Assembly (NCBI GenBank): GCA_976226885.1
Contig: OZ320318.1
Coordinates: 27,404,001 to 27,468,000, forward strand
Length of the DNA stretch: 64,000 bases
Direction: 5' to 3'
Origin: Iphione sp. A-MEVVRFRX5
Lineage: Eukaryota
Shown one piece after another: positions 51,660 through 64,000 of this stretch (positions are counted from its first letter, which is position 1; the number at the start of each line of letters is the position of its first letter). The notes under the pieces are model-generated. The model had not been told where the DNA came from and ran no database searches. It worked only from the letters and a program-made list of their open reading frames with translations. Both the position numbers and the translations under genes were made by a program.

Positions 51660-53619
51660 TGATTCATTGCCGCAATGGCTCTTGGACAGTCCCTGCCATT
51701 GCTTAATGTTGTGATGGACCGTTGTGCCAGGACTTGCTCGGACAGCTGGAGTGTTTTCTTCCTGAGCAGGACCTCAGCTGGATGGCTGGCGGATGGCTAT
51801 TTGGTTACCGCTGGAGCCATAACAAGAGCAACAGGCATGACAGGCAAATGTCATGGAGGTCATGTTGGATAAGGTGCTACAGGGCATCTCTGAAATGGCC
51901 GATTTAAGGAATATTGAATGCCTCACAGCAAGGTTTTTACGAGAACGGACATATATCCTCTGCCGCAGAAAAAAATACGTCTTCTTTGTGATTTAGTACC
52001 TTAGGTTTAATCTGTATCAACACCTGTCGGAAAACATCTTTTTCAACCGAATATTCAATCCATTTCATATTGAAGGAATATTTTGTCAAAGAGAGATTTT
52101 CTCCAGAAACTGAAGAAATCTTGCAGTTTGGGATTCTTAAAGCTTTACAAGGGATAATTGATTACTACTATACAGGAAGGTTTGCCGTAACTATCTGTAA
52201 ACCGGTCTAAGCAGATGATCCCGAATCCAGTCAATTGAATTGACCACATGGCCTTTTATTATGTTTATTGTACTACATGTATAAATATAGAGATTTGCGT
52301 CCAAAGGACTCCCAATTATTCTTACATTGATGAGACGCTGGAGGCACATGATCTTATTGTGCTTTCATTTTTACAAATGCGTGTATTATACATGTACATC
52401 CACTCCTTATAAAGGCGGTGCACTCCATGTTTCAATTTTGAGTAGTTCTTTATAATTATTCTTGAGCACCGTGTCAAATCCATTAAATGAAGTTTATTGA
52501 AAGGGATATGTGAAGTGTTTTGGCCTATCATAGTTACTTTCTACTCTTTGGTTGGGGTCGATGGCATTTGTTAATGAAGATATGTCGTCTATCCTTGTGT
52601 TGAGTATTGTGTTTTGCAGAAAATATAGGCTTGGGGTCATCGGTAGAATAGCCTGTGTGCAGAAATGATAATCAGCATGGTGATTCAGGGTTAGCAGGGT
52701 TGGACAGAAGGACAGCTCTCTTATCAGTGCTAATAGATAGAAGTCAGTTGACTGACGGCTAAGCTTGCCCCATTCTCATCTATAGGAATCAGGCTTCTGC
52801 CGTTGGTGTATTGGATTAAGCCTGCTGCCTTTGTTAATTTTTAGTAGTATTATTGCACACTATGTGTCTCCCTAAGATACAGTACAGGTGGCGCCACTGC
52901 AGACAGGACACCCGAGAACCACTTCTCGTTCAGCTCCCGCCGAGGTCAGACGTACCTGTAGTCACTCTTCTACTGAGCTTATTGTATTTACTTGCTGAGG
53001 TAGCATTTGAGTCAAAGTCTCCCCAACCTGCCACCCACTCACAACCCCCAGCACGTCAGTTTAATGCTAACATATTTTTCGTGAGGGAAACTTGTATCAC
53101 CCTGGGCTAACATAATTTGGTCAACTGCTTGTGCAGCTGTCCTCCACCACCCTCATACTTCGCCTCATGGCTGTTTCCACTTTCTTGGTCAATGGCTAAA
53201 GAATGTTAAAGCGAGGGTTCCACTGTGTAGAAGAGGGGGAGTGCATGTAACAGTTAAAGTAAAATAATTTTCTAATTATTTTAATGCTGTTGAATGAAAG
53301 TGTGATGCGATTTGTCAAAATTTAAATGCATTTGATGTGTGAGACGTTTTACCCCCTCCTCTATGAGGCGGGGGAGACCTTAGGAATGCTGCTGGCTGAC
53401 TGGCTGACCTTCCATCACACTTTTGGGGGTCATATAACTCAAACCCATCACTAATATGAACTGATTTTGATATATGATATTTGTGTACATGGACTCATGG
53501 CACTGGGTAATTTAGGTAGTAAATCAAGTATTTTAAAGATAAAATTATGCCAATTTACTCATTTGTTAACACATCCATAAATATACCTGGTTTCAGGATT
53601 TCTAGGTTTCTCACTCACA

Positions 53620-53623
53620 TGCA

Positions 53624-53682
<59 letters not shown>
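53620..53682. repeat. (GCAC)n(AC)n microsatellite
   Basis: Direct reading. Confidence 0.95.
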
Positions 53683-53687
<5 letters not shown>

Positions 53688-54921
53688 CACCAATGCCTCT
53701 CTCCTGTCAGTACCACCTTGTAGCAGTTTAACCAAGGGAGGAGCAATCAAGATAGAGATCCCCCCCAACACTGCCCTGCGTGCCTAGTTAGGCAGAATTG
53801 AGGCTTGTAAACTTGAAGGACTTTCTAACACACAAACAGAGAGAGGAAGCGAGGGAGCGGGAGAGAGGCTGGACGGCAGGGTGGCAGTCTGTACTTTGAC
53901 CCCTTCCCACCAGTGCAAGTGCCAAAGGTGCTTATATCTGACAAAATGAGGAAAATGTCAGTTACATGTACTTTCCAAAGGCGCCTAGACGAAATACATC
54001 GTGCTCATCATATTGATCAATGTCAGTCATTTTCATGTACCGGTACCGTACTACACTAACATGCAAGAGAGTTCGCCCCTAAATTTAGAAACGAATTGAT
54101 AGAAAGCAAACTTTCAATTTTTAACATTCAAAATTGGCACAGTGTATGTGGATGACAGTCCTAACCAAGGAGAAGATAAGATTTCTTCCAGCCATTCACT
54201 TACCGAAGTTCCAGAAATTTTTTTTTTTTTTTATTCTTTCTACTGAGATAAATAGTAGAACCTCTTGTGGTCAGCTCAGGTAGGTAGTCAGTAGGCTTAC
54301 TTTCATTGGAACCAAAATTGTGTCCCTATATCTTAATATACAGGAACATCAGGAATGTAGCCGGCTAATAAATATGGTTACCTCATCCTCTGGTCACTGT
54401 GTATTCCGTACAGAAGGGACATCACATTGACAAAAAAAAATAAATGCTAAGAGGGAGGACTTCATGCAAGGGAAGGAACAGCCCTCAAAATCATCGAAGT
54501 AACGATGGGATTAGAATCAGGATGAACTTATCGGACAGTTGGTCATTGACTTCAGTCGGCCACCCATCTTACATGCCTATGTAGGTACCTGAATCCCCAG
54601 GGACAACGTGAAAGAGCTTTAACTAAAAGGAAACGAGAGGGCAGAATAATATTGTTGCCATGTGAATACATGTAATCAGAAAACAGTTGGCAGGCTTTGG
54701 GGGCTACTTTTGCTTGAAATGGTCAGTGACCATGTGGTCTAGGCTTTAATGGAGACAGTTCAGTAGGAGAAAGGAATTATTTGACGGATGTATTACCACC
54801 CAACCCCTCTCTTTTACCAATTAGTTCAGAAAGAGGGTTTGTGTCAGTGCATTTTGTTTCTGAGAAATACCGCTGTTGTATCAGAGCGCTGCTGTATACA
54901 TTGCGCCGTGCGGCTTCACAG

Positions 54922-54991
54922 ATGGCGCCAGGTGTCACCTCTCAACAACAAGTTTTGTTTACAAATGGCGGAGTGGTGACGGAGGATACAG
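54922..54991 (+). CDS. Candidate alternative first coding exon (MAPGVTSQQQVLFTNGGVVTEDT-G) of the coiled-coil gene
   Basis: ATG context cagATGG; phase-1 donor acag|gtgggt compatible with exon 60874. Confidence 0.4.
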
Positions 54992-56854
54992 GTGGGTTGA
55001 CCACAACAATGAAGTTTGTAGAAGGGGATCTGAAATATTTCACGGGCAAAAAACATGAAGTCCACTTTGACTTTTCGCCATGTGAATATACAATCAACCA
55101 GTGTCTAATCCATGATGGAAAAGTACAATAGATACTGTATTTAATGAAGCGTATAGGCCAACGGGCACCTGTTCAAGCTGTTATATACCTGCTCGTGTTC
55201 ATTTAGTATGTACACGTATACGTATATGACCGTTAGATTACATACCCATGTAGAAAAATATCTGCATATCACGACTTTCTTGGTGATTTTCTATTGTGTA
55301 TAATTCGGGGCATAAACAAATTAAAATTGTCAGTGGTATCATCTTACCTATTGGTTGTATTGAGGCTATTCCATTCACTGTCACAACAGTGTGAAAATGT
55401 CCATTGTTTCGCACCGGTTTCTGTCATAAACTGGTTCGAAATTCCCATTTATACATATATGTGCCATATATAGAGTAAACCAAGGGATACGTTCTGGTTT
55501 CATGAGGTGGTACTACGTACGTACATCAGCTGTATAGCTCAAGTACAAGTCAAAATGGATACATCTCCAGGGCCTAAGCACCTTTGTATCACATATCATT
55601 AAGAATTAATCAGGGCTGGGCCACCTGTCGCATTTCGCAAAAAAAAAGATGCAACACAGACATTAAAGAATTCGACAACCCTCTTTCATTGTTTACTGGT
55701 TTAGTGCTGAACTGATTGTATTTTTGCGACGGAGGTTAAGATATGCCGCAACTTTTCGTTGGTGCCCAGCTCTGAACAAAAAGAATTCGAACCATATTTC
55801 ATCTTGTAGTACAGGTACGAAATGTTACCACGTTTTGGACTTAAATCAAATCAAAGAGATTGATCCGGTTTTTCTTATTTTCGGAAGGTGATTTGGCAAA
55901 GGATCCAGATAGATAGGATGGAAGACGATGAGAAACAATTAAGGAAGAGGTGGGCAGAGAGAGAGGAGTCGGGGAGCACGCAGCTGGGGAGGGGGGAGGG
56001 AGTAGTTATACAGCGAAGGAAACATGAGTCGTTTAAGGCAAGGTAGTATATAGGGAAGAGGTGTTAGGGAAGGCCGGGAATAGATGCTCAGAGCGACAGG
56101 GAGTTGATCTAGTATTTTAGAGAGGAAAGAGGATTTTGAGTAATGCAGGGATAGTTGTTGCGAAAGATAGGGGGTCTGTATGAGTAGGCAGGGGGAATAA
56201 AGGGGATTATATTGAATGAGGCAGGGATGAGTCCTGGAGAGGGGGTTGGCGGGAGATGTTGAGGGGTATAGGACAGGGGATGTATGTGCATAGTTAAATC
56301 TCTGTCATCTGGGTTGTTCTCAGTTGTGGTGATTTTTCTTATCTGGTTGATGGAGGAAATCTGATTGTAGAGTGAGTCTTGAACATGCATATTATATAGA
56401 CTGTGACAACAGGCCACGGTTAATAAGCAATATTGAAATATTTGACTGATGGATTGACACTGTGTCAAGGGATGATTACTGAGGTTACCCTTTATTGTTC
56501 TTACAGTCAGTCATCTCAGGCCCATATCAACGGCTACTGTGTTCAGAAGGTGTTGTTCTTCAGTAAATCTACTGAGGTTTCCCCCCTACAGAGACTTCTG
56601 TGATAGAGTTATGATGGTGTGACGTCAATTAAACTGACCCATCCTCATCTGGAATACAAGGGAATCCGCCTTGTCCAGTGTATTTGTTCTGAAATACATA
56701 CGGTTATAATAAAGTCAGTCTGGATGAGGTGGAAATCCAATTGTTCCAGTGAAGTTGATGCGGCTGACTGTATGTAAAAATGCAGGCAGGATTCTTTATA
56801 TAAAGTAAGTGAAGAGAGGAACATCTTATATTCATTACATATAGGTCTTTCAAG

Positions 56855-59800
56855 ATGGCCACCTTGGAGAAACTAAGGAGGAAAAAAGTTACCTCCATAG
56901 CACCCGGTACTTCCAAGACCACCAAGACTGCAGGTGAGTAATATAAATGGAAGGTACATGTAGAGTAGAACACATTTAGAACAGTGGTGGGGACTGAGCT
57001 GAAACTAGCAACAATGTCGTCATATCCAGATTATCTACAACTAATTCAGGGAAAAGAGAATCTTGTCTGACCTGCATGTTTTCACTGGCTTGTGATATCC
57101 ACTTATGGTGCATCTGTAAGGCATTCTTTCCAGGTGTATGAAAACTTCTTCCACACCACAGATACATGGGTCTGAAAAAAACCCGAACGTATGACAATCT
57201 ACAGGGTTGTTTCCATGGGTCCATGGCCCTGGGTCTGTGGTCTGGGTCTGAAAGGGTCCGGAGATAGAAAATGAGTGTTGTCTGTAAATTTTTCTGGACT
57301 CTGGACTCCGGAGACCAACACAGACAAGTAGGATAGAGAAATGAGAGTTTAAAGAAGGAAAAACATTGTCTGACATATTGTTATGTGTACTCCGTCGGGG
57401 CATTGATGAATAAATAAAGTCCACTAGTAAATCTGGTTTTGATGTTTAATCTATGAAGGTTAACAAGTAACTGACAACTGACACAACAATGCGGCTCTAT
57501 TTATACATCTCCGCCCCCCATATATACTGGGGCAATACCATGGTAATACCAGGGAACACCTCCCCCATAATGTAGTAATACCGTGGCAATACAACTCAGT
57601 AGCAAACATCATAGAGTGACAATTCAATAATACTCCGGGCACAGAGCCCTCTTGCAAACATCCTTAACTGGCACATGCATAATAAATATCACAATATTAC
57701 ATTATGTTAGTCAATATGAAATTTTTTGTAATTTGCATATCATTTACATAAAAAAAACAACTTACACTGATTTAGACAGAATTCATCGAGATCAGCACAA
57801 AAAACTCACAGTGTACACAGATTTTCAAGATCAGAATTCTTAGAGATCAGCACAAAATTATTACACACACCACCCATCATCCTGCTTTTCATCCTGCCTG
57901 TTCCCTATCCGTCCTTGTTTCATTCATTTCATTGTATCTTTAACCAGGAACTAGATATTCTCTATCACATGAGAGAGCTCTTCCATATCCTCCAGGGGTA
58001 GCATACTACCATCTATTGTTGAGAATTGAGAGACGAGAATACCCGCGGTTGCCTCCTACTCTTATGTTGAATAGGTTTCTGGGGTCTTTTTGTGCATAGG
58101 GGACAGAATCCTATACACCCACAGCCTTTTTTTAAAGTTGTGGACCACTCTAGGTTGGGGCTACAGTAAATCTGTCTGGTCATAATCAAGAGTCATAAGC
58201 CCGGGATTGAACCTGCGACCTCTCAATCAGTGGACCAGTGCTCTACCACTGAGCTAACTCCCCACCCAACTCTGCCCGAATTGGCAGGTTATATACACTG
58301 TACTGCAAATCAGTGGGTCTCCCTGGCTGCAACCCAGCCATGACCTGGACACATGGAAAGGGGGAGTCTGTAAGGATCCAGAAAACTGCTTGAATTGTCC
58401 AGACTCTCCTGTATACGTCGAAGAAATCCGTACACCTGGAAAGCACCTGTTATTCTTCTGCACATTTATACCTCGCATGTGCTACACATACTTTCACTGG
58501 GAGATTGCCAGTAAATGACCTCCTGTAGAGAATGATGGTGAAGTGGGTAAACTTGCAGTGCTATACTTTCACTGGTCTCCAAGCCTGTTACTCAGTTTCT
58601 GATTAAAGATATGTCTAAGCTAACAGCAGTACCCCCCCCCCCCCCCCACCGGCAACAGATTAGAACTGAGTGGGCTAGTAGGACCCTCAGCTGGTGGGAA
58701 ACCGTCCTGGTTAAGTTGTTTCCCCGAGAAAAAGTTATTTTCTTGGTTTATTGAAGGTGTAAGATCCCCTTAGTCAGATAAAGTGTTGTAGAAAACCCTT
58801 GTGGCAAACTATAATCATCCATTAGTCAGTAGGAGGACCACCCAGGAGCAGAATCCTGTGGGATACTGTAATGGAAGCATGGCAGAGTCATTAAGAACCA
58901 ATGTGATTGTTTTGTACGCGTTTTTCTTACAACGTAGGAAATTAGATATTCTAATTGGTGCAATCTTTATTATGACATCACAAATCATACTGTGCCTTGT
59001 AGTTGGGTGGCTGACAGTCAGGTGAAAGGTCCATTCCAACTGATAGTTGAATAAGGATGAGTACGCCAAATCAGATTTAAGTGAGGATTCATTTAATTAT
59101 TGACCACACATGGCCTATATTCCTTTGGAATAGATTATAACATGACCAGAATGTGTTTAGCCAATAAAAGCAGACCATGGAACATAAATGATATTCTAGT
59201 GGAGGTCATACCAACTTACAGAGTTGTTCTGTTTTCTTTAGGGAACTCTTTGTCTATAATCAACACGATGACAGATCGCATGACTTACCATAGTGAGGGT
59301 AGTTGTGTATGAAACTTTTTGGATTCCGGTTTCAAGGTAGCATCCAGCAGGCTAAGACATTTTGCCTCATCTCATCAGATTACACAGTTGTTCTTGGTGG
59401 GTGGTCAACTGACCTCCACCGTACGAAGCAGTCAAAAAACATGCTGGTCATGTGGGGCAACCATTAACCTCCCATGTGGACGGTGGATGGGTAGGAAAGA
59501 GGGGTTTGTGCGGGAATAGTGCTGAGGCTACCTGTCCACTTCCCATCTGGACAGTGTTCTGCTATGAGAGAGGAGGTCTGTGATGACAGCATCGGGGCTA
59601 CCCATCCACCTCCTGGCCAGGCAGTGGATGGCCAGAAGGGAGGGGGTTAGTTAAGGGGAGAGGACTATGGCACCCTGTCCATCTCCCAGCTGGACAGCAG
59701 GCTGTAAGGAGAAAGGGTGTTCATGAGGCGAGAGCACCAAGGGTACCCATTGAACTCCTAGCTGGATAGTTGACTGCTAGCAGGGAGAGTGTTCATGAGG

Positions 59801-60537
59801 GGAAAGCACCAGGGCTACCCATCGACCTCCCAGTTGGATGGCAGGCTGCTAGATGGGAGGAAGTTCATAAGGGGAGAGCACCAGGGTTACCTGTCCACCT
59901 CCTGGCTGGATGGTGGACAGCTAGGTGTGAGGGTGTTTATGAGGGGAGAGCACCAGAGCCACCCAATGACCTCCAAGCTGGATGACAGGCTGCTAGCAGG
60001 GAGGGTCCACCTGTCCACCTCCCAGTTGGATGGTGGATTGTTAGATGGGAGGATGTTCATGAGGGGAGAGCACCAGGGCTACCTGTCCACCTCCAGGCTG
60101 GATGGTGGACAGCTAGGTGGGAGGGTGTCTATTAGGGGAGAGCACCAGGGCTATCCATCCACATCCCTGCTGGATGTTGAGCTGCTAAGTGGGAGGAGTT
60201 CATGAGGGGAGAGGGTTTCAGCTACCCACCCACCTCACAGCTGGACTGCAGGCAGCTAAAAGGCGGGAATCCATCAAGGAAGTGTTCTAGCCACCTGTTC
60301 ACGTCTTGACAAGATGCTGAGCTACTAGGAAAGGAGGGTACTTACAAGGGGAGAGTGCTAGGGCCTCCCATCTACCTCTCTGCTAGACGCCGGGCCGTTA
60401 GGAGGAAAGGGCTGGGCGAAGGGATATCAAATATCTCTGAATTTGTCCATGCAATTTGGTTACAAATTGAATAAAATTCATGAGATACTACTGTATTTCT
60501 GTTCCAGTATCCCTCTTTTTCCCTAAATCGATATTTT

Positions 60538-60608
<71 letters not shown>

Positions 60609-63600
60609 CTATCTCTTTTCCCCAAACCCCTTTCTCTCTCTCCCTGTTCTCTTTCTGTATCTCTCAATGCCAATCGCGGATGTAGGATATACATATATAC
60701 ACAAATGTCACCTAACAACTTGTACGTGTTTCGGGGATGTCTCAAATTTCTTTCACAAAATCCTTCAGGTCTGATAACTATCCAAATAAAACCCTGTTTT
60801 CTCCAGATTCCATTTATTTATTTTTGTTACGTCTGTTACATATTTATAAGGTGGTGTTTCATTTCGGTTAAAGGAAATAAGGGAAGTACTTCGGTGCAAA
60901 GCAGTGTCATTTCTGTGAAGGAGGCTGTATCCAGCGATCAACATGATACCATCGAGGTTAGTAGTTCACATTGTATCATTAAGTATAACCAAACATACCC
61001 ATGATATTCTATAACTATGTGATCTGTAGGTTTCAAACCGATGCTATATCCCTTTTTTTCAAGAGTGAGATTAATAAGATGTGGATAATCTGATATCATT
61101 CGTCGCTTTGCTGAAGTGAGAATTAGAGGGGCTGTAATAGGGAAAATAAAAATATAAATTAAGAGACAAGCATGGTAGAGAATGAAAAAAATGAGGATGG
61201 GGATAATTTTCAGTAGTCCATACCATATTAGTTACATTCAGTATAAAGGTGAGCATGGTGTAGCACATGGGTTTGTGAATTACTGATGATTAACATAACT
61301 TAGAATGCTATTGTGTACTTTTCACTGACGATAAATATGGATGGGTGTGTGACTTTCACTGATGCGGAACATAAGGTACGTGGATTGAGTCCATGATTTC
61401 CACTTGCCAGAATGCAGATAACAGGTCTCTTGCTGGTGCTTCGACCCCCGCTGCGGTTCCACAAACATCAGAGTCACCCGCACCAGCAGCCAGTCCACCT
61501 GTCACCCAGCAGGTACCAGAGAGGCCTGTCAGTGCACGATCCCACTTATCCAACAAGTCCCAGTTAAACATCCCGGCGGCACCTGGCAGCATGGTGTCCT
61601 TGAAATCAAGAGGTAAAGTATTTTAAACGGGCAGAATATATTGGCACTCCAGGCATGAAAAGTATTGAGAAATTCAGTAGCGTGTCAAGTCTAAAAGATC
61701 TCACGTACAAGCTCGTTAATAAGTGCTTTTATAAGTTTCTTTGTTAATTACGCTACAATGAATCTCCAGTTACAAGACTTAATTAAGGGCCAGACTATAT
61801 ATAAATCTTTTATTAAGACTGAATAATACTAGGGTGAGTTGCTCTTGTTTAGCGACATTGCACCGTTCACTTAAAAAAATCGTTCCTTGAAGTTTGCGAT
61901 GCTTTGTCTTTGCAGAGGCGTGGACAGAAAATGGAGATCAGAGTAATGTTGGATCTGGAGCCTCAGGTATAAAGATTTCATAACCATTTCGTTTCTCCTT
62001 ATGATGATGAACAACGTGAGATCAAATACGAGCAGATATGGCTAGATAATTGTTGTCTAATTATGGGAAAGTACCTCTGTATCTTTTTTTTTTTTTTTAC
62101 CACAGTCTGACATTAGGTAGCATATCGAGAATTAATGTGACATGAACTCGGTCGGTGATTTCTTTAAAGCTTACTTTCAAAGGAATGTACATTTCATATA
62201 GGAGACTTGCTCAAAAGTTGTATGAATTCATCTGCAACGTACTGAGAAATGTCCTCGATAAGGAATGTGTGCTTGTACTTTATACAGATAAACTTGGACC
62301 AGCGGAGATGAACGAATCTCACGCATACGTACCTTATGTACAAGCTCGCCAGTGTATCATGCGAATCACTGATGACATGAAAGCCATGAAACAAAATCAT
62401 ATTCGCATCGTGCACGACATTGAGGACAACTTCCGATCCATTGAAGATGAAACACAGGTAGGGTCTATACACCTCCCCTAAAGTCCAATGCCTTCGTTCC
62501 TTTGTTTTTTTATTTCATCACATGAACTGTGATGATGATGTACACGTATCTACAGGGGGGTCAGGGCATTGCTAATAACGCTTCACCAAGAATTCAGATT
62601 AACAATAACGCTTAAAGAAAGACCAAATAACGCTTCACGAAGAATTGAAGAGCAGGTAGTGGTTCACCAGGAATTGTTAAATAGCGCTTCTCGCTAAATT
62701 AAGAAGACAAATAGCGTTTCGCAGTGAATTAAAAACATAAATAACGTTTCACCAGAATAGTCGATGCCCCCTGTGTATCTTTACTTGTAATATGACACGA
62801 TCTTTTTATTTGTCAGGCCCAGTTTAACTTGTTCGTGCTGAATCTACGTGACCAGTATGCCATTAAGGTCAAGACCTTTCGACAAGTTATAGAAGTGCAT
62901 CGGCTTGAGCTGCAGCAGAAGGAGCAGTACTGGGATGAGGCCCTGATGGTGGGTTAACTGCTGTGAACGATACACATGTAATTCAGTCAATAATGCGAAT
63001 GGATTTTCCATAGCTTTTTTGGGGTTTGGCACTATTTCTTCGATAAAGAGTTATTAAAGTTAGAAGCATAGAATTATTAGCATTTCTTGAAATATTTGGA
63101 TGGGTTCATTTCAGACGTAGACAAAGTTCACATGAAAAATGTTGTTTTTGATGATATTCACTTCAATATAGCGTATATTCATGTTAACATGATATTTTCG
63201 GGAATTGCAGCCTTTGGTATGGTTAGATATTTTTTTATGCAGGCTGGTCAGATCAAATCATTGAATGGTCTCTTTTTTCAGAGCATGAGCAGTCGGAACA
63301 AAAATCTGCTGCAAGACAAAAAAGTCCTCCTTATTCAGAACAAAGTAGAATTTGAACGACTGGAAAAAGAAAAGGTATGGTAGTTTAAAATGAGAGTGCA
63401 TCGGTCATACTATCGAAAATAAGATAAGAAATACTTTCTAGATGATAGTTCTTCATTTTACCCGACTATACTTTAAAATGATACGGGATCTTCATTTCAC
63501 TTGAGGAACAGATTTTTTCGTCTTTGATAACGTATTTCTGTTTTGGATTGTATGTTAGGTTTGTCTATATTTCATCCACGATGTTGATAAAATAGTGAAA

Positions 63601-63802
63601 AATTCAAAAGCTTAAAGATTAAAACTTAAATGAAAACCTCTTTTTATGAAGAACTATTGATGGTCTGCTCTGTAAAAGAAAGCACATGTAGATCAAACAT
63701 TTGACGCTGTTGTTGACATGTATTTTTTACTACATGTTTAGAATGAAACAATTTCAAAGTTAACCGCTAAGATGGATGAAAACTCCGCTGCCTTTGCAGC
63801 CG
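56855..63802 (+). CDS. Uncharacterised coiled-coil protein, 5' part (gene continues beyond the window)
   Basis: Phase-consistent GT-AG exons 56855-56933 (tentative), 60874-60956, 61411-61612, 61916-61966, 62288-62457, 62817-62948, 63282-63374, 63742-63802. The protein has an S/P/A-rich N-terminus, then helical ARQCIMRITDDMKAMKQNHIRIVHDIEDNFRSIEDETQAQFNLFVLNLRDQY...RNKNLLQDKKVLLIQNKVEFERLEKEK. Confidence 0.8.
57917..58263 (-). mobile_element. tRNA-derived SINE, full-length copy
   Basis: Head ggggagttagctcagtggtagagcactggtcc...ggttcaatcccggg with A and B boxes, a non-tRNA body shared with 17418-17753, and a (tgaa)-like tail. Confidence 0.88.
59525..60410. repeat. ~69-bp degenerate minisatellite (intronic)
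   Basis: Recurring gtgttcatgaggggagagcaccagggctacctgtccacctcccagctggatgg; translates as a 23-aa repeat (ORF 59789-60205). Confidence 0.85.
60539..60610. repeat. (CT)n(AT)n compound microsatellite
   Basis: Direct reading. Confidence 0.95.
62553..62773. mobile_element. Small MITE-like element with internal aataacgcttcac repeats
   Basis: CAGGGGG...CCCCCTG ends with weak TIRs; about 5 internal copies of aata(a/g)cg(c/t)tt. Confidence 0.35.
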
Positions 63803-64000
63803 GTAAGTGGATAATATGTTCCTTCTGCAGCAAATTTAGTGATACACGTGATTCAGCTCCCGTTCTTTATTTGTATGCCTCAACATCACGTGTACTAACA
63901 GACTGTTTTACTCATCTTGACTAAGAATTTGTAATTTATTATTTTAATGCATCTACAACAAGCCACAAAAGACCTTACGTTCCAAATTTTCTGTATAATT

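Noticed and set aside
52500-53200. Degraded LINE (L2/CR1-like) 3' fragment on the minus strand; similar faint traces at 56000-56470 and 58800-59100
   Set aside because: Only isolated words (Y.ALIR, ILIGAI) amid many stops; cannot be supported without RepeatMasker/BLASTx.
58190-58263. Functional tRNA gene
   Set aside because: It has A and B boxes, but I could not form a complete cloverleaf. It continues into a ~280-bp body shared with 17418-17753, so it is a SINE head.

Overview
AT-rich genomic DNA from a metazoan (probably a marine invertebrate) with spliceosomal introns and dense transposon content. Three host genes are supported. (1) A minus-strand secreted IGFBP-N-domain protein: coding exon 18535-18919 is clear, later exons were not resolved. 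(2) An apparently complete 11-coding-exon GLD-2/TENT2-type cytoplasmic poly(A) polymerase (45878-51659, +). (3) The 5' part of an unrecognised coiled-coil protein gene running off the right end. A full-length but mutationally inactivated Ty3/Gypsy LTR retrotransposon occupies 21510-29620 (ATAT TSD, tRNA-Leu PBS, PPT, gag, PR-RT-RH-INT pol). The highlight is its extra ~858-codon ORF in the env position. This ORF encodes two C2H2 zinc fingers whose recognition helices predict 5'-GCG-GAG-3', the hexamer arrayed 6-7 times in the element's own U3. The same hexamer also occurs at a TATA/CCAAT/Inr internal promoter just ahead of the zinc-finger ORF. This suggests a self-encoded transcription-factor circuit like that of complex retroviruses (inferred, untested). 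Also present: a decayed, intron-containing piggyBac split by a nested TA-TSD MITE, a related MITE inserted 6 nt from a GLD-2 splice donor, Harbinger-type MITEs, two tRNA-derived SINE copies, and several mini- and microsatellites.
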